In this document: positions 19,557 through 27,148 of the stretch, piece by piece
How positions within the stretch are numbered: the first letter of the stretch is position 1
How the letters are laid out: each line of letters starts with the position of its first letter
IMG/VR virus record: IMGVR_UViG_3300027769_000063
Location: 1-38,735 of that record
Direction: 5' to 3' (one strand)
DNA length: 38,735 nucleotides
Source of the DNA: a virus
Lineage: Duplodnaviria; Caudoviricetes
The notes under the pieces: generated by a model
Seen by the model: the letters and a program-made list of their open reading frames with translations, nothing else
Database searches by the model: none
Told to the model about the DNA's origin: nothing
Position numbers and translations under genes: made by a program

Positions 19557-20068
19557 TGTCATGGGTAGACCAGCTTAAGGATTCTCTTCCAGAGTATGCA
19601 AAGGACATCAAATTAAATCTTGATGCAGTTATTAATAGATCAACTATTGATCCTGAGCATGCTACATATCTTTCAATAGCAGCAGCATTTGCAACAGGAA
19701 ATGCTAAGCTTCTTACTTTTATAGTTGCAAGCGCAACCGATGAGGTTGAAAAGAATGCGGCCCTTACAGCTGGTTCTATCATGGCACAAAACAATGTATG
19801 GTATCCATTTATTGAAATGGCTGATGACCCTAATCTAAAAGGTTTACCAGCACAATTAAGAATGAATGCAATTTCAACGCATGGCGGAACAACTAAAGCT
19901 AAATTTGAAGCATACTCATTAGCATCATCTATTATTGGTAAATGCCACTTCTGCGTTAAAGCACATTATGAAACGCTTAAAGAAGAAGGATATACAGTAG
20001 AACAGCTAAGAGATATTGGCAGAATTTCTGCAACAATTAATGCTTTATCAAAGATACTTTCAGCATAA
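19556..20068 (+). CDS. ahpD: Alkylhydroperoxidase reductase AhpD
   Basis: LPEYAKDIKLNL, MAQNNVWY, LRMN and CHFCVKAH; GGAG SD and TAATG coupling give start MSWV. Confidence 0.93.
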   Translation: MSWVDQLKDSLPEYAKDIKLNLDAVINRSTIDPEHATYLSIAAAFATGNAKLLTFIVASATDEVEKNAALTAGSIMAQNNVWYPFIEMADDPNLKGLPAQLRMNAISTHGGTTKAKFEAYSLASSIIGKCHFCVKAHYETLKEEGYTVEQLRDIGRISATINALSKILSA

Positions 20069-20223
20069 TGCCTACAGAATATGGCGCTGTCGTAATATGT
20101 CAGTGCGGTAGATCTGCCTCTTATCCCGTCTGTGACGGTTCACACGGCAGGCCACCAGACGAACCTATATCAGAACACCCATCAGACCCAGACCCAAGCG
20201 AGAGCGGCTCCTGGAAGAGATGA
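20068..20223 (+). CDS. CDGSH [2Fe-2S] domain protein (51 aa, not in ORF track)
   Basis: ICQCGRSASYPVCDGSH matches C-X-C-X2-S-X3-P-X-C-D-G-S-H; TAATG-coupled to ahpD. Confidence 0.88.
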   Translation: MPTEYGAVVICQCGRSASYPVCDGSHGRPPDEPISEHPSDPDPSESGSWKR

Positions 20224-20369
20224 CAGTATATCTTGAAGCATATTGTGTAATATGTAAAAAGAGTGTCAAAGGTAAGCTAAACGAATTAGTAATACAAGAA
20301 TCAGGTAAATGGTTACACATAGGCGAATGCCCTGAGTGTTTTTATGAAATTAAAAGGATTGTTCCATGA
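20220..20369 (+). CDS. 49-aa Zn-ribbon protein (DUF5679-like)
   Basis: EAYCVICKK…GECPEC; ATGA-coupled. Confidence 0.65.
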   Translation: MTVYLEAYCVICKKSVKGKLNELVIQESGKWLHIGECPECFYEIKRIVP

Positions 20370-20506
20370 AGCATTATTTAAATAGAATCAAATGTTATTT
20401 TAAGGGACACAATTTAATTGAAGCAGGACAATGCCCATACACTGGATCAACCTATGATTATTGTGATAATTGTGAAATAATGATCCCAAGAGATTTAGCA
20501 TTTTAA
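20366..20506 (+). CDS. 46-aa Cys/His peptide
   Basis: CYFKGH…CDNC; ATGA-coupled. Confidence 0.6.
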   Translation: MKHYLNRIKCYFKGHNLIEAGQCPYTGSTYDYCDNCEIMIPRDLAF

Positions 20507-20526
20507 ATAAGATATAATAGTATTAT

Positions 20527-20745
20527 ATGAGAAAGCTATTGAACAATGTATATCCCTTCTTACCTAAAATGTATCAAGGGGCAGAAGTTCATGAATTTGA
20601 AGAAGCTGTTAACCTAACTATACATACAAAAGCTCCAGGAAAATGGTTGCTCGTTGACTTAGAGACAGGTCAGGAGTATATTGGACTTGATGTACCAACA
20701 CAATGGGGAAGATGGCGAAGGATAAAAGATAGATATGACAATTGA
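20527..20745 (+). CDS. Hypothetical protein
   Basis: TKAPGKWLLVDLETGQEYIG; TATAAT just upstream. Confidence 0.7.
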   Translation: MRKLLNNVYPFLPKMYQGAEVHEFEEAVNLTIHTKAPGKWLLVDLETGQEYIGLDVPTQWGRWRRIKDRYDN

Positions 20746-20869
20746 CGTTAATAAACCAGATGATGATAGATGTCATTACTGCAATGAGCCAGGATTGTAC
20801 TGGGATCAACTTGGAGCAACAATAATAACCGTATGCAAAAAGCATATGAATAATTATTATATAAGCTAA
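20735..20869 (+). CDS. 44-aa Zn-finger peptide
   Basis: CHYC…CKKH. Confidence 0.55.
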   Translation: MTIDVNKPDDDRCHYCNEPGLYWDQLGATIITVCKKHMNNYYIS

Positions 20870-20871
20870 CC

Positions 20872-21054
20872 ATGTGCTATATCTGCCATTACAGAGGCGA
20901 AATGTATCCTTATATAAACAAATATAATGATCTATTTATATTATGTAATGAATGTATGGCGGTAGCAGATGAGATAAAAGAATATAACGTAAACTTAGTA
21001 AAGATGTTTGAAGATTGGGCTATTAAGCAAATAGAGTCTTTTGACGATAATTGA
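20872..21054 (+). CDS. Hypothetical Zn-finger protein
   Basis: CYIC…CNEC. Confidence 0.6.
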   Translation: MCYICHYRGEMYPYINKYNDLFILCNECMAVADEIKEYNVNLVKMFEDWAIKQIESFDDN

Positions 21055-21124
21055 TCAAAAGTGCGAAAAGTGCGGCGGTAGAGAGGGTATTGTCAGTACC
21101 TGACTTATATAGTATACTATTTAT

Positions 21125-21229
21125 ATGAGAGAGCCTAAGATTATGAAGATGGACTGGCGGTCATTAGGTTATTGGCCAGTATATAAAGATGGAAAGCTTA
21201 CATGGGAAAAGGAACCAGATAATGATTAA
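21125..21229 (+). CDS. 34-aa leaderless peptide
   Basis: TATACT-6nt-ATG; MREPKIMKMDWRSLGYWPVYKDGK…. Confidence 0.55.
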   Translation: MREPKIMKMDWRSLGYWPVYKDGKLTWEKEPDND

Positions 21230-21497
21230 TTGGTTAGTAAATCGTATTTTCAGATGGGATTCATTAAGGCATGCAATCTTTGATGAGGTTAGGCTATATC
21301 AGTCTTTAGATAAGACAATGTGGCGGATGGAACATGAAAGCCCAACCAACCTAACCTGGTCGGAAGGCGATAGATGGTACGGATGGACCTTTAATCCAGT
21401 AAACAAGAGATACTACTTTGACGATATCGGCAACGAATCGCTTATGGGACTATGGGAAGACCAGTGGGCTCGTGAAGCAAAGGAATCTAATGTATAA
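21222..21497 (+). CDS. Hypothetical Trp-rich protein
   Basis: AAGGA SD before MINWLV. Confidence 0.65.
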   Translation: MINWLVNRIFRWDSLRHAIFDEVRLYQSLDKTMWRMEHESPTNLTWSEGDRWYGWTFNPVNKRYYFDDIGNESLMGLWEDQWAREAKESNV

Positions 21498-21675
21498 TAG
21501 AGAAGTGATTAATAAATGGAAATACCCTATCAAATACTGGAAGTTTAAGAGAGCTTATAAGGCACTACTTAAGTCCAATTCTAAACATTACACAAAATAG
21601 ATCGCAATTAGTGAAATCGGCGGCGGTAGAGCACAATTAGTCAACTACGTTGACCTTATATGAATAGGAAAGTAA

Positions 21676-22197
21676 ATGCAACCTACAGTAGTAGATAACT
21701 TTATTTCAAAACAATCAGCTAAAGACCTTCATGCCTTTTTAAGATCAAAGGTACAGGTTAACCCTATGGGTCTACTTAGTAAGCAATTATATCCTTTTGA
21801 GCAATTCATTAATGATCCTGATGCAACATTCTATTTTGATATTAAATTAATCGTAGAGGCAATTCAGAGAGAGTTTGGCTTCCCAGAGGATCAAATCTCA
21901 ATCAATAGAGTCCTATATCAGGTATTGCGTGAAGGTGAAGAGCTTGGCTACCACACAGATGCATACGGCGGTGTCGATGGATATGGAGTCATAGGATACT
22001 CAGCTTTACTTTATTTAACTGATGATTACGATGGTGGAGAAATCTGCTTCTATGATGAAAACACTCCAACTGCATATAAGCCTGATGAGGGCACATTAGT
22101 TTATTTTAAGGGTGATGAGAACTATCCCCATTCAGTCAATAAGGTTTTGGGCGGGGAGAGAGCAAATATCATACTCTTCTTTGATGTAAAGCAATAG
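21676..22197 (+). CDS. 2OG-Fe(II) oxygenase
   Basis: HTD, YLTDDYDGGE, HSV and R. Confidence 0.88.
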   Translation: MQPTVVDNFISKQSAKDLHAFLRSKVQVNPMGLLSKQLYPFEQFINDPDATFYFDIKLIVEAIQREFGFPEDQISINRVLYQVLREGEELGYHTDAYGGVDGYGVIGYSALLYLTDDYDGGEICFYDENTPTAYKPDEGTLVYFKGDENYPHSVNKVLGGERANIILFFDVKQ

Positions 22198-22248
22198 GTG
22201 TATAATAGTACTATAAGGGTATAATCCCTATTAGTAGAAAGCAATACT

Positions 22249-22443
22249 ATGGCTACACCAATGTGCAAGACATGTTCAATAGAGACAAATAGAGCAGAGT
22301 GGGCTAAATACCCTGATATGCTCGATCTATGCAAGATGTGCAAATCCTTTCAAGCTTCTATAGAGCACACTATAGCATCAGCCGAGAAAGTAAGAAAGAA
22401 AGCCGAATTGATTGGCAAGAAGATGGAGAAAAGAAATGACTGA
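22249..22443 (+). CDS. Hypothetical Zn-finger protein
   Basis: CKTC…CKMC. Confidence 0.6.
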   Translation: MATPMCKTCSIETNRAEWAKYPDMLDLCKMCKSFQASIEHTIASAEKVRKKAELIGKKMEKRND

Positions 22444-22669
22444 TTTACCTTTAGATGAAGAGATATCAAAGAATTACATCTCAGATGATGAGCATGTAGA
22501 CAAATGGAATAACCTTGAGAAGGCTTGCTGGGCAGGATATAAGCAGGTTGGAATGAAGGATAAGGGTGGAAAGAGAGTCCCTAATTGTGTGCCTATTAAC
22601 AAGGCTACAGGGCTTCCAGAAGAGCCAGAGACTTCATGGAATGGCGTATTTAAACCAAAGGTAGACTAA
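22436..22669 (+). CDS. Hypothetical protein with CW.GY…VPNCVP motif
   Basis: GGAG SD; CWAGYKQVGMKDKGGKRVPNCVP. Confidence 0.65.
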   Translation: MTDLPLDEEISKNYISDDEHVDKWNNLEKACWAGYKQVGMKDKGGKRVPNCVPINKATGLPEEPETSWNGVFKPKVD

Positions 22670-22835
22670 TGGGTATATTAGATAACCTAGAAGCATATAT
22701 AGAATTAGAAGATAAAGCGATCACAGATTGGTGTGATGATTGCGTTGTCGTAGACAGCAAATGCACCGTATGTGGATTAACACATAGTTGCTAAAGTAGT
22801 TGACTAGAATTACATTCATATAGTATAATAACTAT

Positions 22836-23078
22836 ATGAAGAAGAAAAATGAGTTCCCATCTAGCCAAGAGCTGGCAAAATGGGAAAGAGAAATGAAGGC
22901 GGCAGGCCTATGGCCTGAAAAGATACCTGTATACAATGTATCTAAACCTAGGGTAAAAGCTAGAAAGACTGGGGCTTTGGCAAATACAGCATCTATCATT
23001 CCTGTATCAACAGATCAAAATGAAATAATTAAAGACATAGTATCAGATACTAGGGTTTATAGACAAAGGTGGATGTAG
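22836..23078 (+). CDS. Hypothetical protein, leaderless
   Basis: TTGACT-N18-TATAAT-6nt-ATG. Confidence 0.65.
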   Translation: MKKKNEFPSSQELAKWEREMKAAGLWPEKIPVYNVSKPRVKARKTGALANTASIIPVSTDQNEIIKDIVSDTRVYRQRWM

Positions 23079-23323
23079 TGTATTGGTCGTATGTATTAGC
23101 AGCAATAGGTGTAACAGGCATATATTTCGTGGGGCGGAAGACAGTATGGGCTTGGCTACTATTACTATTCAATGAGTTCCTATGGATCATATACGCTATT
23201 ACTACTAAACAATATGGATTCATCTTCGCAGCTATAGCCTATGCCATAGTCTATATTAGATCATATATACATTGGTCCAAAGAGCCAGTAAATGAATTAA
23301 TAGGCGGGAAGGCCAAGAAATGA
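23069..23323 (+). CDS. PnuC/SemiSWEET-like three-TM protein
   Basis: Three TM helices; GRKTVWAW…LWIIYA…QYGF…W. Confidence 0.6.
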   Translation: MDVVYWSYVLAAIGVTGIYFVGRKTVWAWLLLLFNEFLWIIYAITTKQYGFIFAAIAYAIVYIRSYIHWSKEPVNELIGGKAKK

Positions 23324-23502
23324 TAGAAATACTACTAATAGCCATTACATGGTATGCAACTAAGATATACTACACTCGATCCTTTACTCTGGATATAGAA
23401 CAATCTGATCTAATTAAAGCTACATGTGCCAAATGTGCTCGATCAGGATATATTAGTCCAGATAACCTTCGTGCTCCCTATTACTGCATGTCTTGTAAAT
23501 AG
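23320..23502 (+). CDS. Membrane-anchored Zn-finger protein
   Basis: TM segment, CAKC…CMSC. Confidence 0.6.
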   Translation: MIEILLIAITWYATKIYYTRSFTLDIEQSDLIKATCAKCARSGYISPDNLRAPYYCMSCK

Positions 23503-23576
23503 AGCACATAAGCAGCTAACTCCTATATCCCCCTCCCATTTATCTCCTCTCTAATAGCCCTTAGAAGGCTTATATA

Positions 23577-23602
23577 GTGGAGTAAAGTGGAGCATTGTGG
23601 AG
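23577..23602 (+). promoter_or_regulatory. MraZ-box-like direct repeat
   Basis: GTGGAG at 23577, 23587 and 23597 (exact 10-bp period). Confidence 0.6.
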
Positions 23603-23848
23603 AATTTATACTATAGATAACATATCATATACTATAGATATATATAGTTAAACATACATATGTAATTGAGCATCCCATATCCTTAACGTAATGTCAATAG
23701 GACAATTTGGACATATATAGCAGCATATTGATCCATATTTGTCAAGGGATTTTATGAGGAATTTTGATCTATTTTGCCATATTCTCTACAGATTTGTCGA
23801 CATTCATAATGTATAATTATCTATTTAGACATATTCTGTAGCAAATTT

Positions 23849-23946
23849 CAGGGATTCTGTCAAGCCTTCGTAAATGTAAAATTTGGCCCACTTCTTAGAA
23901 ATTTCAGGCGTTTAGATCAGCTTGTCGTAAATGGAAAATTTGGCCC
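23849..23946. repeat. Spaced scaffold copies 1 and 2 (tandem)
   Basis: CAGGG-N15-CGTAA-N13-CCC (23849-23889); CAGGC-N16-CGTAA-N13-CCC (23905-23946). Confidence 0.8.
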
Positions 23947-23977
23947 TCATTCCCACACATACAAAAAATCCACAGGA

Positions 23978-23998
23978 TGTGGATAACCCTGTGGATAA
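23978..23998 (-). promoter_or_regulatory. Two perfect DnaA boxes
   Basis: TGTGGATAA at 23978-23986 and 23990-23998. Confidence 0.8.
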
Positions 23999-24056
23999 TT
24001 TGGGCTAGATATGTTTATCTATCTAACCAGGCATTCGATCTCTCATTGTATATGCC

Positions 24057-24422
24057 TTATAGACTGAATGGATCTTCTTCTTCTCTCCATCCAAACCCTT
24101 GTCTTACTATTGGTTCCTCCCGCTTTTTAATTGTAAAAGAACGGGCAGGAAGTTTTAGATTATTTAATTGTGTTACTTCTTGGTAAGCCTTGATACATTC
24201 ATTTAATTCAACTGCTAACATCAAACCTTCTGATGTATAGCCATGAACTCCATGTATCTTAGATTGTTCGGATATGATTGAGGCAACCATTTCCATAATT
24301 CGGTCAATGGTATACATCGGCTGTTCTGCTAGATATCTCCCGAAGATTGCTGGATTAAACCAATGGTCTTCTGTTAGATTAACTATTGCTTGTGCTACTT
24401 TGATTTCAGGTGTCTTACCCAT
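24057..24422 (-). CDS. Hypothetical protein
   Basis: ORF with upstream TGGTATAAT and GGAAGG SD. Confidence 0.7.
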   Translation of the reverse strand: MGKTPEIKVAQAIVNLTEDHWFNPAIFGRYLAEQPMYTIDRIMEMVASIISEQSKIHGVHGYTSEGLMLAVELNECIKAYQEVTQLNNLKLPARSFTIKKREEPIVRQGFGWREEEDPFSL

Positions 24423-24456
24423 ATTTTCCGCCTTCCGCCTAACTGTCGATTATACC

Positions 24457-24504
24457 AAAAATAAGAGAGGGGGTCAAGGACCAACGAAGCCCTGACCCCG
24501 TCCC
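24457..24504 (-). terminator. Intrinsic terminator with CTTCGTTGG loop
   Basis: GGGGTCAGGG-CTTCGTTGG-TCCTTGACCCC…TTATTTTT after the Lsr2-like gene. Confidence 0.7.
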
Positions 24505-24508
24505 TGGT

Positions 24509-24658
24509 TTACTTAGCCTTGCCTGCTGGAACTTCTGCAGTAAACTTAATGCCCTTGGCTTCCGCCTCCGCAAGAGCTACCTTAGCTGCTCCTGAGAAAC
24601 GTCCACGGACGCCTACTGTAATGCCTTGCTGCTTTAGATATTCACGCTTTGTTGCCAT
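24509..24658 (-). CDS. 49-aa Lsr2-like DNA-binding-domain protein (not in ORF track)
   Basis: MATKREYLKQQGITVGVRGRFSGAAKVALAEAEAKG… fits the Lsr2 C-terminal RE…G..V..RGR motif; GAAAGGGG SD; TTTACA-N17-TATAAT promoter. Confidence 0.7.
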   Translation of the reverse strand: MATKREYLKQQGITVGVRGRFSGAAKVALAEAEAKGIKFTAEVPAGKAK

Positions 24659-24726
24659 TTGATTATCCCCTTTCAAGAGATGTTTTATTTATTATATCAA
24701 CTATTCACGATATTGTAAATAGGTTT

Positions 24727-24768
24727 CAGGCTATTTTCTTTTGCAACCGTAAGGAAAAAATTTGGCCC
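24727..24768. repeat. Spaced scaffold copy 3
   Basis: CAGGC-N16-CGTAA-N13-CCC. Confidence 0.8.
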
Positions 24769-24909
24769 TCACGAAAGATCTGTTTGTTCAATACGATCTT
24801 TAATTAATTTAGCAATGATGTTATGGGCCTCAATATTTTCAGTTTCGGACCCACCCCACAACAATTGCTGCGCTTTGTTTAATTGATCATTGATGTATAC
24901 GTCACTCAT
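24769..24909 (-). CDS. 46-aa hypothetical protein
   Basis: MSDVYINDQLNKAQQLLWGG…; overlap-coupled. Confidence 0.6.
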   Translation of the reverse strand: MSDVYINDQLNKAQQLLWGGSETENIEAHNIIAKLIKDRIEQTDLS

Positions 24910-25261
24910 TTTCATCTTCTTCCTCCTCATCATCTTCGGGCACCTCATCGATTATCTGTCGGTCTATCATCCAGTCCCGTATGCCCTCGTGTAGGTCTTC
25001 TGCGCCATACTCTAGGGACCAGCCATTCTTGTCTGCGTCTTCCCAAAACATCTGCCACACGTCCTCAATGTCTTCAGTTACACAGTATTCCTCTTCAGCA
25101 CCCTCTTGAATGCTTGTGTATAGGTCTCGTGCAACATCCCATGCATACACCCAAACAAGGGGCAGGCCAACGGGAAGTTTAGTTATCTTGGCAATGATAT
25201 CTTCAATCTCATTGTAAGTATCAAGCATGCGAGTTTTTTCCTGTAGGTCCATATCAGCCAT
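24902..25261 (-). CDS. Acidic hypothetical protein
   Basis: AAGGAG SD; very Asp/Glu-rich. Confidence 0.75.
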   Translation of the reverse strand: MADMDLQEKTRMLDTYNEIEDIIAKITKLPVGLPLVWVYAWDVARDLYTSIQEGAEEEYCVTEDIEDVWQMFWEDADKNGWSLEYGAEDLHEGIRDWMIDRQIIDEVPEDDEEEEDENE

Positions 25262-25550
25262 TTACGTGCTCCTTCATATCTCTAATTAGTTTATCGTTCT
25301 TAGCAAATGCTATGTCATATGTAAGACCATATAGTTCTCCATATGTTTCAAGGACGCCTTCCCAATATTTGCGTTCCATGGAATCCATGGCTTCGCCTGA
25401 TTCTTCTTCGGCTTCCGTTGCATATTCCAATTGCTTTTCTGCTTCAACCATTAGTACCTTTAGTTCACCGTGCAGAATATCTGCACCGTCCATGTCGAGG
25501 TTGACCATGCGTTGTAAGTGGGGCGGGAGCCCAATGTCTGTTCTATTCAT
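25254..25550 (-). CDS. Hypothetical protein
   Basis: AACGAAAGG leader below TGTCAG promoter. Confidence 0.75.
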   Translation of the reverse strand: MNRTDIGLPPHLQRMVNLDMDGADILHGELKVLMVEAEKQLEYATEAEEESGEAMDSMERKYWEGVLETYGELYGLTYDIAFAKNDKLIRDMKEHVNG

Positions 25551-25740
25551 TGTTATACCTTTCGTTTGAAGAGTTCATTATATCAGTAGCCACTGACAAA
25601 ATGTGCCTGGTGTTTTCAATCTCTGCTTGTTTAACTCTATAGAAATGATGACCATTTACATAATCAATCTGTTCTAAGTCTTGTTCTAAACTAATTAGAT
25701 GTATCTTTAGATACTCCATAAAACTTGATGACCTAGTCAA
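25543..25740 (-). CDS. Hypothetical protein (3' end overlaps a promoter)
   Basis: GGAGG SD, TTG start. Confidence 0.6.
   Translation of the reverse strand: MTRSSSFMEYLKIHLISLEQDLEQIDYVNGHHFYRVKQAEIENTRHILSVATDIMNSSNERYNNE
25577..25598 (-). promoter_or_regulatory. TGTCAG-N10 promoter 1
   Basis: TGTCAG-tggctactga-TATAAT. Confidence 0.8.
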
Positions 25741-25906
25741 AGTAACCCTCCGCCCATAGACCTTGCAAGAAACTAACAGCGTCTTCCAGGTCTTTCCTCA
25801 AAGGCTCCTTGTCCATTAAATCGGACGGGGTCCTAAGATAGAAAAGCTTTGCGTCATGAACAGCATTAGTCATACGATCTAAATCCTCTGCAGTATATCC
25901 TAACAT
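25733..25906 (-). CDS. 57-aa hypothetical protein
   Basis: MLGYTAEDLDRMTNAV…FLQGLWAEGYFD; TGATG coupling. Confidence 0.65.
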   Translation of the reverse strand: MLGYTAEDLDRMTNAVHDAKLFYLRTPSDLMDKEPLRKDLEDAVSFLQGLWAEGYFD

Positions 25907-26121
25907 CATAGTAAAAACTCATCTCCCTCAATATAGCCATAGTATTCGTTATACTGTTGCTTTAATTCACGAGAAGCATATTCCATAAATCTAAATTCAG
26001 CATATGCCTCTCCTTCCTCCAAATTGTTATAAGACCATTGGTCAAATAGCGCTTCTCCAATTTCCTGTTGCATTGCACCTGTAATGTGCTCTGCTATTGT
26101 GTCTATAAATAGTTCAGCCAT
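25906..26121 (-). CDS. Acidic hypothetical protein
   Basis: Overlap-coupled ORF. Confidence 0.7.
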   Translation of the reverse strand: MAELFIDTIAEHITGAMQQEIGEALFDQWSYNNLEEGEAYAEFRFMEYASRELKQQYNEYYGYIEGDEFLL

Positions 26122-26860
26122 TTACTTCCGCCTTTCGATATTCGGGTACTTTAGTGTCTAAGTATATAGCATGGGTCTGACATTCTTTGACAGAATCTAG
26201 GTCAGCCTCCCCTAGCCAATTACATTTAGTACAGATTTGATTCTCGCAATCCTCACAGAATTCCATTGTGTCTGTTGAATCACAATCACGGCACATGTTC
26301 TCATATTCTGATTCTGAGATAACTTCACCACGGAGGAATTCCATTTCTCCACCCCAGCCTGTCTCTTCCTCATATGATAAAGTAAAGAGTAATGTTGGAT
26401 ACTGTGCAGATAGTTTAGATATGGCAGGAAGCGGACGAGACCAAGCAGTTTCAAAACTATAATAGACTACATAGTTCTCGCCATTCTCGGCTTCTTGAAT
26501 AGTTGTATTAGGATACTTATCGTCCTCGGCTACAGCCACATCCCACTTAGTTCCCCACTCACGATTATTAAAGTTATACCAATCGTTAGTTTCAAACTTC
26601 ATCCAGTCGGCAAATGAAGAGTCTTCTTTACGAGGCGGTTGTCCCCAATAGGTCTCATTAGATACACCATGGTCTAGATGAGAATAGATATTATGAAAAG
26701 CAAAGATAGGATTAACATACTTACGCTGCTTAATCCCAAATGATAAATCACCCAGTGGCTCAATATACTGAACAAATGGCTTATTCATCTGTTTAATTAA
26801 AGATTTAACTTGGTCAGGATTTCCCTCAATAGTTAAACCGTTATATACCCAATTTGGCAT
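26114..26860 (-). CDS. DUF1281/YubB ferredoxin-like protein with C-terminal Cys cluster
   Basis: MPNWVYN.L, DWY…REWGTKWD and FETAWS.P; start moved to 26860 (CAACGAAAGG leader). Confidence 0.8.
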   Translation of the reverse strand: MPNWVYNGLTIEGNPDQVKSLIKQMNKPFVQYIEPLGDLSFGIKQRKYVNPIFAFHNIYSHLDHGVSNETYWGQPPRKEDSSFADWMKFETNDWYNFNNREWGTKWDVAVAEDDKYPNTTIQEAENGENYVVYYSFETAWSRPLPAISKLSAQYPTLLFTLSYEEETGWGGEMEFLRGEVISESEYENMCRDCDSTDTMEFCEDCENQICTKCNWLGEADLDSVKECQTHAIYLDTKVPEYRKAEVNG

Positions 26861-26887
26861 AATATATCCTTTCGTTGATATGTGATT

Positions 26888-26909
26888 ATTATACACTGAC
26901 CCACTGACA
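26888..26909 (-). promoter_or_regulatory. TGTCAG-N10 promoter 2
   Basis: TGTCAG-tgggtcagtg-TATAAT. Confidence 0.8.
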
Positions 26910-26976
26910 TATGGAATACTATTTTGGTGTGAGTCACACCACATTTTGTATGCATGTGGTCAAGATCACAGAAATT

Positions 26977-27034
26977 CAGGCGATTTTAAATTGACGTCGT
27001 AAACAAATTATGTTACCCTCAGTCTTTTGTGGGC
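26977..27034. repeat. Spaced scaffold copy 4, with two CRP-like sites nearby (26928-26943, 26955-26970)
   Basis: CAGGC-N16-CGTAA-N13-CCC-N12-GGGC. Confidence 0.78.
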
Positions 27035-27066
27035 AAAAAAAATACTCCCCCGCTTGCACGGGGGAG
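27035..27066 (-). terminator. Intrinsic terminator
   Basis: CTCCCCCG-TGCAAG-CGGGGGAG-TATTTTTTTT. Confidence 0.88.
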
Positions 27067-27148
27067 CTAATGATAAGGCTGCCTGGATCTCCAACGAAAG
27101 GAATAGATCCGCTTTACTTAGCGACTTGCGGGACACGCTTAACTAGCC
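27035..27148 (-). ncRNA. Candidate ~110-nt sRNA with anti-leader loop
   Basis: TGaTATGGT -10 at 27151-27159; hairpin GGATCT-ATTCCTTTCGTTGG-AGATCC; ends in a strong terminator. Confidence 0.55.

Larger units (their letters stand above)
23503..24056. other. About 550-bp non-coding region at the convergent strand switch (candidate origin or regulatory hub)
   Basis: No credible ORF; GTGGAG x3, AT-rich tract, two scaffold copies, two perfect DnaA boxes. Confidence 0.6.

Noticed and set aside
23977-24186. Plus-strand ORFs inside the minus block (also 27010-27192 and 32476-32769, 'LWIT' peptides)
   Set aside because: They arise from translating DnaA boxes and scaffolds or are antisense to real genes, and have no RBS.
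27091-27104. CCAACGAAAGGAAT as an RBS for a plus-strand gene
   Set aside because: No start codon lies at a suitable distance; it is better explained as a minus-strand hairpin loop.
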